The notes beneath the pieces were generated by a model. The model saw only the letters and a program-made list of their open reading frames with translations. It was not told the origin of the DNA and ran no database searches. From assembly GCA_965209055.1 (NCBI GenBank), contig OZ242374.1:2048001-2112000 (forward strand): a stretch of DNA of 64,000 nt. Reading direction: 5' to 3'. Shown here piece after piece: positions 18,357 to 28,259 of this stretch (the first letter of the stretch is position 1; the number at the start of each line of letters is the position of its first letter). Position numbers and translations under genes: made by a program. The stretch comes from Acidobacteriota bacterium. Its GTDB lineage: Bacteria; Acidobacteriota; UBA6911; RPQK01; JAJDTT01.

Positions 18357-20039
18357 ATGAACAGAATTGAATTCGAGAGAAAACTGAGCGACTACGTGCG
18401 GGGCGAGTTGCCGAATGCAGTCTCGCGGGAATTCGATGACTATCTGGCCGCTCACCCCGAAGCGGCCGCGGACGTAGAGGGAGCACGCACCATCCTGGAA
18501 CTAAGTGCCGACATTGGCGCGTCGGAGCCACCCCCCCAACTCCTGGCGGCGGCCCGTGCCGGCACCCTGAAGGCGATTCGCTCGGAGGTCGAACTACCGC
18601 GGCGTTCGGGATTCTGGCTGGCGTTGCCGCGGCCGGCCTGGGTGTCGGCGCTCGCTGTCGCACTGGCTGCCCTGTTTCTCGGCGTACTCTGGCGCGGTTC
18701 GTCCACTCCGGTGTGGGCTCAGGTCGTCCAGGAAGTGCGCAACGTCTCATCGTTGCGCACCGTGGGCTGGTTTCGCGGGGAAAATGGAGAACGGGTGCCG
18801 ATGAAGCACTGGTTCAAAGCCCCGCACAATTTCCGTGCAGAGATAGGTGCTGGCCCGGACCAGCAAGTGGTTTTCTCCGATGACAAGTCCGTCTACACGA
18901 AGATTCGGGGCGTCTGGTATCGGAAGGACCACACTTCGCCGGCAGCATCTTTCGTGGATGATTTCAGCAGGCATCTGTTGCTGCCCGAGCGCGAGCTACT
19001 TGAGGAATTGTCCTATCAGATCGATCGGGAGGATCGGGGACAGACAGTGGTGTTTTCGATCTGGCGACGCTCCTCGCTGGGCAGGAAGACACCATCGGAC
19101 ATCCGGCTTGAAATCGAGGCAGACGTGCTGACGCGGCTGCCTCGCTCTGCCCGCGTTTATCTGGACGTGGGTCAACAGGAATGGGAGCTGGTCAACGAAC
19201 TGCATTATCTGGATTACGATGCGGCGGTGGCTGGCGAACTCTTTGAATTCGCCGGCGATGACGTCCTGCCGGCTCCCGACAAATTGTGGAAGGCAGACAC
19301 GATGGTCGGCGCGTTCGCTCCGTTTGGGCGTTGGTACGATCTCGCGTTCTACATGCCGCTGAAGGGGATGGAAATCGTGGTCCTGACCCCTTCGACCGAC
19401 TCTACCAAGGGGAATAAAGGTATGTCGTCTACGGTGAGTGGCGGAATCGTACGCTACGAATTTCACCGTACACCGCTGACGGAGATCGCTCAGACTCTAG
19501 CAGACATCCCGGTGGAGATTCCGGATTCTGGACTGTCTGAACGGCGTTTTTCGACGCGGATTGCCCACCGAATCACTATCGACCCCGCGGAGCGGGTGAG
19601 GCGCCTTGGCCAGCGCCTCGGCTTTGTCGCCGAAGTAATAAAGCGTCAGGGAACAAGGACCCGCTGGATCCTCATCCAAGACGGAACCAATTTCCCCATC
19701 AGCGCAGCCCGGAATAGATCATCCGGAATCGATGGGTACAGCCTCGACGCCAAAGGGGAAACTCTCGCTGCGGCAATTCGAAGCATGCTTGGACTCGCGG
19801 CAACCAACGAACTGGTCAAGGGCTACAACGAGTTTCTCGACGAATTCGAGATGAAATGGGACGGTGCGGCAGCGGACAATCCCTTCCACCGCAGGGTGGA
19901 CATTTCCGTCGATTTTTCCGATGGCTGGGAGGTGGCACTCAAATACCTGCGCGAGAACTTCGGAGTGACCATGGAGCGAGTCTCCGAACCCACCACCTAC
20001 GAGGTGCTGGTGTTGTCTCCCCGCAACGAAGCCGGTTGA
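18357..20039 (+). CDS. Membrane-anchored anti-sigma factor with large periplasmic region
   Basis: LSDYVRGEL N-terminal ASD, TM helix, WAQVVQEVRNV / LolA-like segment; follows the ECF gene. Confidence 0.75.
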   Translation: MNRIEFERKLSDYVRGELPNAVSREFDDYLAAHPEAAADVEGARTILELSADIGASEPPPQLLAAARAGTLKAIRSEVELPRRSGFWLALPRPAWVSALAVALAALFLGVLWRGSSTPVWAQVVQEVRNVSSLRTVGWFRGENGERVPMKHWFKAPHNFRAEIGAGPDQQVVFSDDKSVYTKIRGVWYRKDHTSPAASFVDDFSRHLLLPERELLEELSYQIDREDRGQTVVFSIWRRSSLGRKTPSDIRLEIEADVLTRLPRSARVYLDVGQQEWELVNELHYLDYDAAVAGELFEFAGDDVLPAPDKLWKADTMVGAFAPFGRWYDLAFYMPLKGMEIVVLTPSTDSTKGNKGMSSTVSGGIVRYEFHRTPLTEIAQTLADIPVEIPDSGLSERRFSTRIAHRITIDPAERVRRLGQRLGFVAEVIKRQGTRTRWILIQDGTNFPISAARNRSSGIDGYSLDAKGETLAAAIRSMLGLAATNELVKGYNEFLDEFEMKWDGAAADNPFHRRVDISVDFSDGWEVALKYLRENFGVTMERVSEPTTYEVLVLSPRNEAG

Positions 20040-20303
20040 ATCCAGGCGAGAGGGCAGGAGGAGGGGGCGGGTCGGGAAGCGGTGACTGTCATCTTCTTTA
20101 CTCCTACCCGCTGATATCAAACAGCCAACGCATCCCCGCGCCCCGAGTTGGCGCCCGAACCCCAAGGAGAGTCGAATGGCGGCGATGCCATCCAGGAGGC
20201 TGCGTCCTCTAACCCAACCCCCATTCGACTCGACGTTCCCTGGATGAGCCTTGATCGCGCCACAGGAAAAGATATATTTTGTAGATACAAAAGGAGACTG
20301 TCC

Positions 20304-20543
20304 ATGGGTGCACAATCAAGAATCTGCAAATGGGGGTCCAGCTTGGCCGTCCGCATCCCCAAGCCTATCGCCGAGCAGTGGGGAGTGCATGAGGGCACCG
20401 CCGTCGAGATGGTCTCGCGCGGAAACCAAGTCATACTGCGCAAGAAGAACTACAGCTTGGCCGACATGCTGGCGACCGTGACGGAGGAGAATCTGCATCC
20501 CGAGGTGGACACCGGACCCGCCCAAGGCAATGAAGCATGGTAA
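20304..20543 (+). CDS. mazE: MazE antitoxin
   Basis: KWGSSLAVRIPK...YSLADML...GNEAW; AAGGAG RBS. Confidence 0.93.
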   Translation: MGAQSRICKWGSSLAVRIPKPIAEQWGVHEGTAVEMVSRGNQVILRKKNYSLADMLATVTEENLHPEVDTGPAQGNEAW

Positions 20544-20890
20544 AGAGGTCCTACGTCCCCGGAAACGGGGATATCGTGTGGCTGACCTTCAACCCTCAAG
20601 CCGGACATGAACAAGCCGGACGCCGCCCGGCCCTGGCGCTGAGCCCGAGAAGCTACAATCGGAAAACCGGCCTCGCCCTATTCTGCTCCATCACCTCCCG
20701 AGCCAAGGGTTACCCCTTCGAGGTCGTTCTTCCTGTCGCCGGCGCCGTCACCGGCGTTGTTCTGGCCGACCGGATCAAGAGCCTGGATTGGCGGGCCAGG
20801 CGGGTCCGTTTCGAATCGAAGGCGCCGCCCCGGGTGGTGAGCGAAGTTTTTGCCAAGCTGGCTGTTCTCTTGGATCAAAATCGATCCTGA
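20537..20890 (+). CDS. mazF: MazF endoribonuclease toxin
   Basis: FNPQAGHEQAGRRPA, KGYPFEV, KSLDWRAR. Confidence 0.94.
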   Translation: MVKRSYVPGNGDIVWLTFNPQAGHEQAGRRPALALSPRSYNRKTGLALFCSITSRAKGYPFEVVLPVAGAVTGVVLADRIKSLDWRARRVRFESKAPPRVVSEVFAKLAVLLDQNRS

Positions 20891-20992
20891 GCCGCGCCGA
20901 AAACGGAATCCAATCGAACCGGCGGAGAAGGACAGTCACCTTCACTATGAGACAAGCGGACTCAGCCCTGATGGACTGCTGGGTCGAGATCG

Positions 20993-21799
20993 GTGGTTCC
21001 AGAGGGAGTGTGCTATCTGACCAACGAATCGAGTGAGCGCTTCGACAAGATCGCCGCCAACTACGCGACCAGCGAAGTCCACTCCATGAGTCCGACGATC
21101 CGGCTTCTTCATCAGCTCGTGAATCTGGAGGCCGGGGCATCCATATGCGATATGGCTTGTGGCGCCGGCCACCTGGCGCTGTCCTTTGCCACCCGCGCCG
21201 GGAGACTCGTCGGAGTTGACCCTGCACCCGGCATGTTGGACGCCTTTCGGCGCTTGGCGGCGCAGCGGGGGATCGAGGTGGAGCCGGTCGAGGCGTACGC
21301 TGAATCGATTCCCCTGCGGGGAGACCAGTTCGACTTGGTCGTATCGCGGCTGGCTCCCCACCACTTCCATGACGTGGATCGCGCGGTGGCGGAGATGGTT
21401 CGGCTCACGAAGATCGGCGGGCGGGTAGCGATCATCGATCTCGAAGGACATGAAAACGCTGACATCGACGAGTTCAACCACAAGCTGGAAGTTCTCCACG
21501 ATCCAACCCACATTCGGAGCTACACGGCCGCGAGGTGGAGATCCATGTTCGAGAGCAGTGGGCTGAAGGTGGAGGTGTTGAAGAACGGATTGTCGGAGCG
21601 GCCGCAGGGGACGACCGTGGGCAGGTGGTGCGAGATAGGATCCTCTGGCACGGAGGCGGAAGCGGAGATCAGAGCCAGTCTGAAGCGGGCCCCGAATTCA
21701 TTCCTGGAGGCCTTGAACATCAGACGGTTGGGGGGAGAGTTTCTGTTGCCCATACGGACTTTGTTGATCGTGGGAACCAGGGATACCGCCCACAGGTGA
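20993..21799 (+). CDS. Class I SAM-dependent methyltransferase (start uncertain, 20993-21017)
   Basis: DMACGAGH, FDLVVSRLAPHHF, DPTH. Confidence 0.88.
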   Translation: MVPEGVCYLTNESSERFDKIAANYATSEVHSMSPTIRLLHQLVNLEAGASICDMACGAGHLALSFATRAGRLVGVDPAPGMLDAFRRLAAQRGIEVEPVEAYAESIPLRGDQFDLVVSRLAPHHFHDVDRAVAEMVRLTKIGGRVAIIDLEGHENADIDEFNHKLEVLHDPTHIRSYTAARWRSMFESSGLKVEVLKNGLSERPQGTTVGRWCEIGSSGTEAEAEIRASLKRAPNSFLEALNIRRLGGEFLLPIRTLLIVGTRDTAHR

Positions 21800-21847
21800 C
21801 GGGAAAAGGAGACAGCGAAAAGGGGACAGTCACTTTTTCCGGGGAGA

Positions 21848-22012
21848 GTATTCCGGGACCATCGCGGCATGACCCAGAGGCATTTGGCTGGTGCGGCTGG
21901 GATCAATCCCCTCTATCTGTCGCAGATCGAGAGGGGCGTCCGCACCGGTTCGGCTCGAACCTTGTCCGCCCTCGCAGAGGCGCTCGGCGTCGACGTGGAC
22001 GACCTGATCTGA
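21848..22012 (+). pseudogene. 3' fragment of the XRE-HTH antitoxin (copy of 12882-13046)
   Basis: Colinear 165-bp match; keeps a 47-aa ORF MTQRHLAG...VDDLI from 21869. Confidence 0.88.
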
Positions 22013-22124
22013 CCCACCTTCGGTTTCTTCTCCCTGGCCAGGGTGCTAATTTCGATATAGCTGTCTTTCATGCCGGTTTTCGCCCGACCACGATTGGCAC
22101 AACTGTCCGCTACGGAGGTCTGCC

Positions 22125-24125
22125 ATGAGACTGATCCAGGTTTTCTGCTGCTCTCTTCTTATTATCGCCTCATCCTGCACGGGTCCTTCCGCTCCCGATC
22201 CGGAAACGGCCCGTAGGCTCTATCAGGAGTCCATGTCTCTCGATCGGGATGATGACGCCGATCGAAAGCTGGAACTTCTCCGGCAGGCGGTCGAACGCCA
22301 CCCGGAGTTCACCGAGGCACACCGGGAAATCATCCGTCTCACCGAAGACAAGGTTCTTCTGCGCCAGGAGTACGAAGCTCAGGTCCAGGAGAATCCGGAC
22401 AGTGCCGTCTTCCACTACCTGCTTGGCGAAGTCGCCGAGAGCGACATGAAGCGGGCCCATTACGAGAAGGCGGTCGAATTGGGTCCCGGCTCCACCTGGG
22501 GCTATCTGGGTCTGGGCGAGTTGATGGAAGACCGCGGGTCCTTTGACGAGGCAGTCACCAACTACCAGAGGGTCCTGGAGCGTGACCCGGCGAGTGAACT
22601 CGGCCATCGGGGATTGGCGCGCACCTACGGACGCATGGGCCGCCGGGAGGACGAAATTGCCGCCTACCGGAAAATGATTTCCGAACTACCGGATGTGGCC
22701 CGCGGCTATTGGGGACTCAAGCGCGCCTACGAGAAGGCGGAGCAGGAGAGTGAGGCCGCAAGTCTCCTGCAGCAAATCTATGAGCGGTTCAGGTCCGATC
22801 CCGACAATGGAGGCTTAGCCCTGTACCAGTTGGCGGAGTCTTTGGAGAACCAGGACGAGAAAGTCCGGCTCTGGAATCGCTTCATCGAAGACTATCCCGC
22901 GGGTCCCAATATTGTGCACGTCTACAATTCCCTCTTGGAACACTACGTGGAAACGGATCCGGAGAAGGCGGAAGCCCTCGCCCGGGAGTGCCTGGAGAAA
23001 GAAGCACTACCGGGTGACAAGAGGCTCAAGGACTATGCCTACGAAGCCTTGTTCGATCTCTACCGGAAGTCCGGAGAGGCTGATAAGGAGTCACGCCTCG
23101 TAGAGGAACTCCTGGAATCGGATTATCCGAATCCGATGACGTATACACAGGTCGCGATCCACTACGCCAAGGAGGAGCAGACGAAGCTTGCCATCCGGTT
23201 CCTCGAACGAGCCCTCGATTTCGCGAACCCGGAGAGTGTCCACGGGACCGTTCTCTTCACCGGCGGAAAGCCGAGGCGAGAGATGCTGGAAGAAGTGGCG
23301 GGACAAGTGCGAACCGGGGTTTCCTACGAGTTGGGCAAGGTGCTCAACAAGAATCGGAGACACCAGGAGGCAATCGCCGTGCTTCTGCCCGTGGCAGGTT
23401 TATGGGATCGAGCGGGGGATCTGATCCATCTTGAACTTGCCGACGCCTATGAGGCCGCCGGCCAACACCAAGAGGCGCTCAAGCACTACGCCAGTTCCCT
23501 GATCGACTACTTGCACGATCCCGCCCGGAAACCGCTGGAAACCCTGTTCGCAAGGGTGCACGGTTCGATTGACGGTCTGAACCAGTACGTCCTCGACCAC
23601 GTGACTCAGCCCAGGACCGGGGGAAGCGTGGCCCTCGGCGTGCCGACGGCACTCAGTCTGGACGAGGCCATACTGAAGGCGCGCGGACTATCCTCCGGAG
23701 AGGCTCCGGAATTCAATCTGGAGACTCTGGAGGGCGAAAGCGTCAGGTCGTCGGATCTCAAGGGCAAGGTCGTGGTCCTCGACTTCTGGGCCACGTGGTG
23801 CGGACCTTGTATCGAGGAACTTCCCCAGTTCCAGGCGACGGTCGATCGCTGGGCGGACCGGCCCGAAGTGGTCTTTCTCGCCGTCAGCGTGGACGAGGAT
23901 GATGATGTGGTCCGCAGGTTCATGACCAAGAACGATTACGATTTTCCGGTCGCCCGGGACGGCAAGGTCGACGATGATTACGGAGTGTCCGCCATACCGA
24001 CGATCGTGCTCATCGGCAGAGAAGGCCGGATTCAGTACCGGCACGTCGGGTTCGATCCGGACGCGGACCTCACCCAGAAGCTGAGTGACGAGATCGGTTT
24101 CCTGCTGGGCGCGGGCGTGTCCTGA
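22125..24125 (+). CDS. TPR-repeat lipoprotein with C-terminal TlpA/redoxin domain
   Basis: Lipobox-like ASSC, TPR helices, DFWATWCGPC, IPT. Confidence 0.88.
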   Translation: MRLIQVFCCSLLIIASSCTGPSAPDPETARRLYQESMSLDRDDDADRKLELLRQAVERHPEFTEAHREIIRLTEDKVLLRQEYEAQVQENPDSAVFHYLLGEVAESDMKRAHYEKAVELGPGSTWGYLGLGELMEDRGSFDEAVTNYQRVLERDPASELGHRGLARTYGRMGRREDEIAAYRKMISELPDVARGYWGLKRAYEKAEQESEAASLLQQIYERFRSDPDNGGLALYQLAESLENQDEKVRLWNRFIEDYPAGPNIVHVYNSLLEHYVETDPEKAEALARECLEKEALPGDKRLKDYAYEALFDLYRKSGEADKESRLVEELLESDYPNPMTYTQVAIHYAKEEQTKLAIRFLERALDFANPESVHGTVLFTGGKPRREMLEEVAGQVRTGVSYELGKVLNKNRRHQEAIAVLLPVAGLWDRAGDLIHLELADAYEAAGQHQEALKHYASSLIDYLHDPARKPLETLFARVHGSIDGLNQYVLDHVTQPRTGGSVALGVPTALSLDEAILKARGLSSGEAPEFNLETLEGESVRSSDLKGKVVVLDFWATWCGPCIEELPQFQATVDRWADRPEVVFLAVSVDEDDDVVRRFMTKNDYDFPVARDGKVDDDYGVSAIPTIVLIGREGRIQYRHVGFDPDADLTQKLSDEIGFLLGAGVS

Positions 24126-24188
24126 ACGGGGCGGAATGGTGGCGGTACTCTTTTCCCTTTTTTTTGCCGCTCCGGTTTGAACCGAAGA

Positions 24189-24213
24189 GGGCGCCCACAA
24201 GGGGCGCCCCTAC
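24189..24213 (-). repeat. GTAG-type REP palindrome
   Basis: GTAGGGGCGCCCCTTGTGGGCGCCC between convergent genes; related copy at 59916. Confidence 0.7.
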
Positions 24214-24217
24214 ATTG

Positions 24218-25996
24218 TCAATCTGCGCCATCCATCCGGCGGACCTCAACGTAAAAGGCTCCGCGGGATCTGCCGCCGGCCTCGGTGAACCACGTCTGCA
24301 AAGACTGCGCCCCGGCGTCGAGCTCCACCGTAAACTTCACCGCCGTGGCGCCATTGGGAACCGCCCTGGTCTTGTCCATTTGTCCCACCTTGAGCCGAGC
24401 CTCGACGGCCTGGATCGCAAAGTCCGCCTCCCTGGGAAGTTGCCGGAGTGTGATCTTATAGCGACCGAACCGCGCGACCTCCACCATCCATTTCCCGTTC
24501 ACATAGGGCGCCGGATCACTGCTGACATGCGCATACGGCCCGAAGGGCCTCTGGTACCAGGGAGCATTCCCTTTGGACATGTACCAGTCCTGCAGATTCA
24601 GGCGCACGGGGTTTTCCGCCGGGTCGCCCAGCACGATCCGGCAGGGTTCGGAGATCCTCCGGGTAACATCGGAAAACCAGCGTTCGTGTTCCTTCCTTAG
24701 TTCCCTTACAACCTCCGGATTTTGAGCGGCAACATCCGTTCTCTGCATGGGGTCGCGGGTGATGTCGTAAAGCTCCTTGCCGAAGACCAGGCACCAACGG
24801 GACGTCAGGACGGCGGAGATGTCGAAGGGGATCAATTCGAAGGTCGGCTTCGAGTAGCTGCCCCCCAGGTGCTCGACGAACAGTGTGCGTTCAGCGGCCG
24901 AGGCCTGCCCGCGGAGCAGCGGCGCCAGGCTGATGCCGTCGAACTCCGCCGGCGCGGGCTTCTCCACGCCGCAAAACTCCATCAACGTCGGCATCACGTC
25001 GATGTGGGACGTCAGCCCCTCGACATCCTGACCTCCACCCAGGCCCCCTTGCGGCCATCGTAGGAAGAACGGGACCCGGTGGCCGCCTTCGTAAGGCGAT
25101 CCCTTTCGTCCCCGCAGGTTGGCCCCGAAGCGGCTCCACGGCTCGAGCGGAAAACCGTCTGAATCTCCCATTTCCATTCGGATGCCGCCGAGGGCGCCGT
25201 TATCGGTCATGAAGATCAGAATCGTGGTGTCTTCCAGATCCCACTCTTTCAGTTTTCCCAGCAACCGGCCCACGTTCTCGTCGATGTTGGTGACCATTCC
25301 CATGAAGTCCGCCAGCGGGGCAGACAGTCCCATCCTCCGATAGGGAGCGGAGTACCGGTCCGCCACGATGTAGGGATTGTGCGGCGCGTTGGTCGACAGG
25401 TAGACGAAAAAGGGCCTTTCCCGATTCGCCTCGATGAACTTGAAGGCTTCGCCGAAGAAGACGTCGGTGCAGTATCCGGTGAATTGCTCACGGTCGCCGT
25501 TCCGGTTGTAGATATCGTCGAAGTAGTCGTTCCCCCAGGCGTCCCCCGACATGGCGATGGCGCCGTGGCGGTGCCACACCGACTCATGAAACCCACGATC
25601 GTGTGGCCGGTAGGGGAAATTGTCTCCGAGGTGCCATTTCCCGAACATGCCGGTGCGATAGCCGGCTCCGGCAAAGACATCGGCAAGCGTGACCTCGTCC
25701 CGCCGCAGGAAGGCCCGTCCGGCCCCGGTCCGCCAGGCCCCGGTGCGAATGGAGTAGCGCCCGGTCAACAATGCCGCCCGGGTCGGCGTGCAGACCGGGT
25801 CGACATGGAAATCCGTGAGGCGAACGCTCTCCGTGTAGAACCGGTCGAGGTGGGGCGTCTGAATAAAGGGATTGCCCTGGCTGCCCAGGTCGCCGTAGCC
25901 CTGGTCATCGGTCAGGATCAGGATGACGTTGGGACGGTCCTGCGCCAAGGCCAGGCCGGGCGCCAAGAGGAAGAGTCCAAAGATCAGGCGCCGCAA
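24218..25996 (-). CDS. Arylsulfatase (formylglycine-dependent)
   Basis: RPNVILILTDDQG, CTPTRAALLTG, GKWHLG, YEGGHRVP. Confidence 0.95.
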   Translation of the reverse strand: MRRLIFGLFLLAPGLALAQDRPNVILILTDDQGYGDLGSQGNPFIQTPHLDRFYTESVRLTDFHVDPVCTPTRAALLTGRYSIRTGAWRTGAGRAFLRRDEVTLADVFAGAGYRTGMFGKWHLGDNFPYRPHDRGFHESVWHRHGAIAMSGDAWGNDYFDDIYNRNGDREQFTGYCTDVFFGEAFKFIEANRERPFFVYLSTNAPHNPYIVADRYSAPYRRMGLSAPLADFMGMVTNIDENVGRLLGKLKEWDLEDTTILIFMTDNGALGGIRMEMGDSDGFPLEPWSRFGANLRGRKGSPYEGGHRVPFFLRWPQGGLGGGQDVEGLTSHIDVMPTLMEFCGVEKPAPAEFDGISLAPLLRGQASAAERTLFVEHLGGSYSKPTFELIPFDISAVLTSRWCLVFGKELYDITRDPMQRTDVAAQNPEVVRELRKEHERWFSDVTRRISEPCRIVLGDPAENPVRLNLQDWYMSKGNAPWYQRPFGPYAHVSSDPAPYVNGKWMVEVARFGRYKITLRQLPREADFAIQAVEARLKVGQMDKTRAVPNGATAVKFTVELDAGAQSLQTWFTEAGGRSRGAFYVEVRRMDGAD

Positions 25997-26054
25997 TGGT
26001 ATCTCTCAGTGGCTGTCGAGAGGGACTGATTGGGCTCCGATTTACTCATCACTA

Positions 26055-26136
26055 CGAGGGGGAACAGTCTTGTTCCCCCATAGGCTCGGAGACATCCATG
26101 TTGCTGCAAGAATCGGCGGTTGGAAACCGCCGCTCC
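26055..26136. repeat. REP doublet
   Basis: GGGGGAACAGTCTTGTTCCCCC and inverted GGAGCGGCGGTTTCCAACCGCCG. Confidence 0.75.
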
Positions 26137-26167
26137 GACACTGGGGTTAACAACCCTCGCTCCCATT

Positions 26168-28201
26168 TCACTCTCGAAGGATCTCCGTGGATTCGGCCAA
26201 AGCCTCAAGCTGCCGCAGGTCGAACTCCTTGTAGAGATCCCGGCAAAAAAGTCCGGGAGCCTGCTGATAGGTGACGGGAACCTCGTACAAATGGCTCAGG
26301 CTGTCCATCCCCTGGCGAATCCGAACCTGCGAAAACAACTCGGGCTTCAGCGCCGCCGCGATCAAGGCGACCACCTGACTGCGGATGCCGCTGCTCTCCA
26401 GGCGGACGCGGCGGGTCCCTGTCGTCTCCTCCAGCCAGCGGGTCGCGGCCACCAGTTGGGCGGCCCTGATGCCGATCGGACGCTCTCCCAGGGGGGCCAG
26501 CAGTTGTCCGTACAAAGCCGAAGGAGGCCGGCTGACCATCCAGGAGGCCATCGATTTATTCCTGCTTTCCTCCAAGAGCTGGTTGAGGGCAGAGTCGTTG
26601 GCCCGTGAACCCTCGGGCCTCAACGGGCCTTCAGGAGCGGCATTGCCCGTGAAGATCAGATCCAGCGCCAGGACCTGGCCACCTTGCTTCAAGAGCCCGG
26701 AAACCAGCGACCCCGCCGCCGCATAGCCTCGGTCATCCAGAACGATGGTTGGAGGTGCATCGGGCGGGCTGGCAATCGCCTTCAGCCAGATTGCCGAGGC
26801 GCTGAGACCGTTGTCGAATTGGAGACGGTAGGAAACGCTCTCAAGCCCCCTCTTCTTGGTGTTGGCCACGCCCCAGGGGTGTTCGACTCTCCGTGAGCGA
26901 TAACGCACCAGTTCCCGGAGCCGTTCTCTCTTGCGTCCGGCCCAGGCTCGCCTCCTCTCCGGGTTGCCGGGTGGATCCTCATGTTCGATCTCAGCGGCAA
27001 GCTTTCGCGCCAGACCCAGGATGGTGAGATTGTCCTCCGGGATTCCCAGATGCAGCTCCCCGGCGGTCTTGACCTCCGCGTCCACCGGGATCTCCTCCGG
27101 CTGCGCCGGCAGCCCGAAATGGCGGCTGAAAAAGCGGTAGGACTGTTGGCGATTGTCCAGCTCGTAGTTGTGCGTTCCCGGGTCGGTGTTCTCGTGCCAT
27201 TCGAAGGCCTCCTCTCTTCCGAACAGGGCGAAGAAAGGCATGATCTGGTCGTAGAGATAGGGCTTCGTGAGAACCGCCCGGCCCACGTAGTAGTTGTCCT
27301 CGGCAGAGAACATCAGCAGCGTGGGGCGCGGCGCCCGCAGGGCGGTGAGATGAGTGTAGTCGATGCCCAGGTCGGGCGGGTTGTACTCCATGTCCCCCAC
27401 GTCGGCATTCCGCTCGATGGCCGAGAGGAAGGCGAAATACCCCGAGACCGGAGCAGCGGCGGCAACCCGTTCATCCAGTCCGCTCAAGACCCCGGTCTGC
27501 CAGGCTCCCCCCGACAGGCCCGTGACCCCCAGGCGACTCGGGTCGACGTGAGGGTGGCGTTCCAGGTAGTCCAGGCCCTTGCGCATGGCCAGGTAGAACA
27601 GTCCGGTAGCGCTCATGCCGGCCAGATTCATGTGGCCGCCGTACCAGTGGTCGTTTCCGGGGAGGTGCAGTTCCCCGCAGTTGAACCATTCCAGGCTCAG
27701 GGCCAGCATGCCTCGCAGGGCGTAGTTGATGCAGCGGATCTGCTTGTAACCGGTGGCGTTGCCGACCGGCGTGTGGCCGTTCACGTTGACGATGGCCGGG
27801 ACCTTTCCGGTCAGGCTCTCCGGCTCGTAGAGGAGGGCCGTCGTCCGGAAACCGGGGATGATCTCGTAGCGAAGCCCGCGCAACCGGTAGCCCCTCCCCG
27901 AGGCGATGATTCCCAGGTCTTCGAAATTGGGCTCCGCTTCCACCCAGTCGGAAGGCCAACCGTGGAAGATCACGTCTTCCAGTACCCGTTCTCTTATGGT
28001 CCGAGCTTCGATCTCCCATTCCCGGGCGTTCTGCGGAGTAGGCAGCGGCGGCACCCGTTTCATCAGGTACTGGCGCAACTGGAATTCGACGATCTCGGGA
28101 GATTGAACCGGCAGTTCGAGGATCGCACCCACCTGCTCGGCGGTCTGCCCGGAGGCCAACACCGGAGGAAGAAAAAAGACAAGGAGTAATGCGAATCTCA
28201 T
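26168..28201 (-). CDS. Secreted acetylxylan esterase-like alpha/beta hydrolase
   Basis: GVTGLSGG nucleophile elbow, APRPTL, PGTHNY. Confidence 0.85.
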   Translation of the reverse strand: MRFALLLVFFLPPVLASGQTAEQVGAILELPVQSPEIVEFQLRQYLMKRVPPLPTPQNAREWEIEARTIRERVLEDVIFHGWPSDWVEAEPNFEDLGIIASGRGYRLRGLRYEIIPGFRTTALLYEPESLTGKVPAIVNVNGHTPVGNATGYKQIRCINYALRGMLALSLEWFNCGELHLPGNDHWYGGHMNLAGMSATGLFYLAMRKGLDYLERHPHVDPSRLGVTGLSGGAWQTGVLSGLDERVAAAAPVSGYFAFLSAIERNADVGDMEYNPPDLGIDYTHLTALRAPRPTLLMFSAEDNYYVGRAVLTKPYLYDQIMPFFALFGREEAFEWHENTDPGTHNYELDNRQQSYRFFSRHFGLPAQPEEIPVDAEVKTAGELHLGIPEDNLTILGLARKLAAEIEHEDPPGNPERRRAWAGRKRERLRELVRYRSRRVEHPWGVANTKKRGLESVSYRLQFDNGLSASAIWLKAIASPPDAPPTIVLDDRGYAAAGSLVSGLLKQGGQVLALDLIFTGNAAPEGPLRPEGSRANDSALNQLLEESRNKSMASWMVSRPPSALYGQLLAPLGERPIGIRAAQLVAATRWLEETTGTRRVRLESSGIRSQVVALIAAALKPELFSQVRIRQGMDSLSHLYEVPVTYQQAPGLFCRDLYKEFDLRQLEALAESTEILRE

Positions 28202-28259
28202 CTCTTCCGCGACATGATGAATCAGCGGTCAGCGGCCGCTTGCGGAGCCGTCGGCGAGG

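Noticed and set aside
12288-21840. CRISPR array or classical integron interpretation of the repeated motif
   Set aside because: Spacing is 0.1-2.4 kb and contains whole genes; no cas or intI gene; no RYYYAAC...GTTRRRY attC structures noticed
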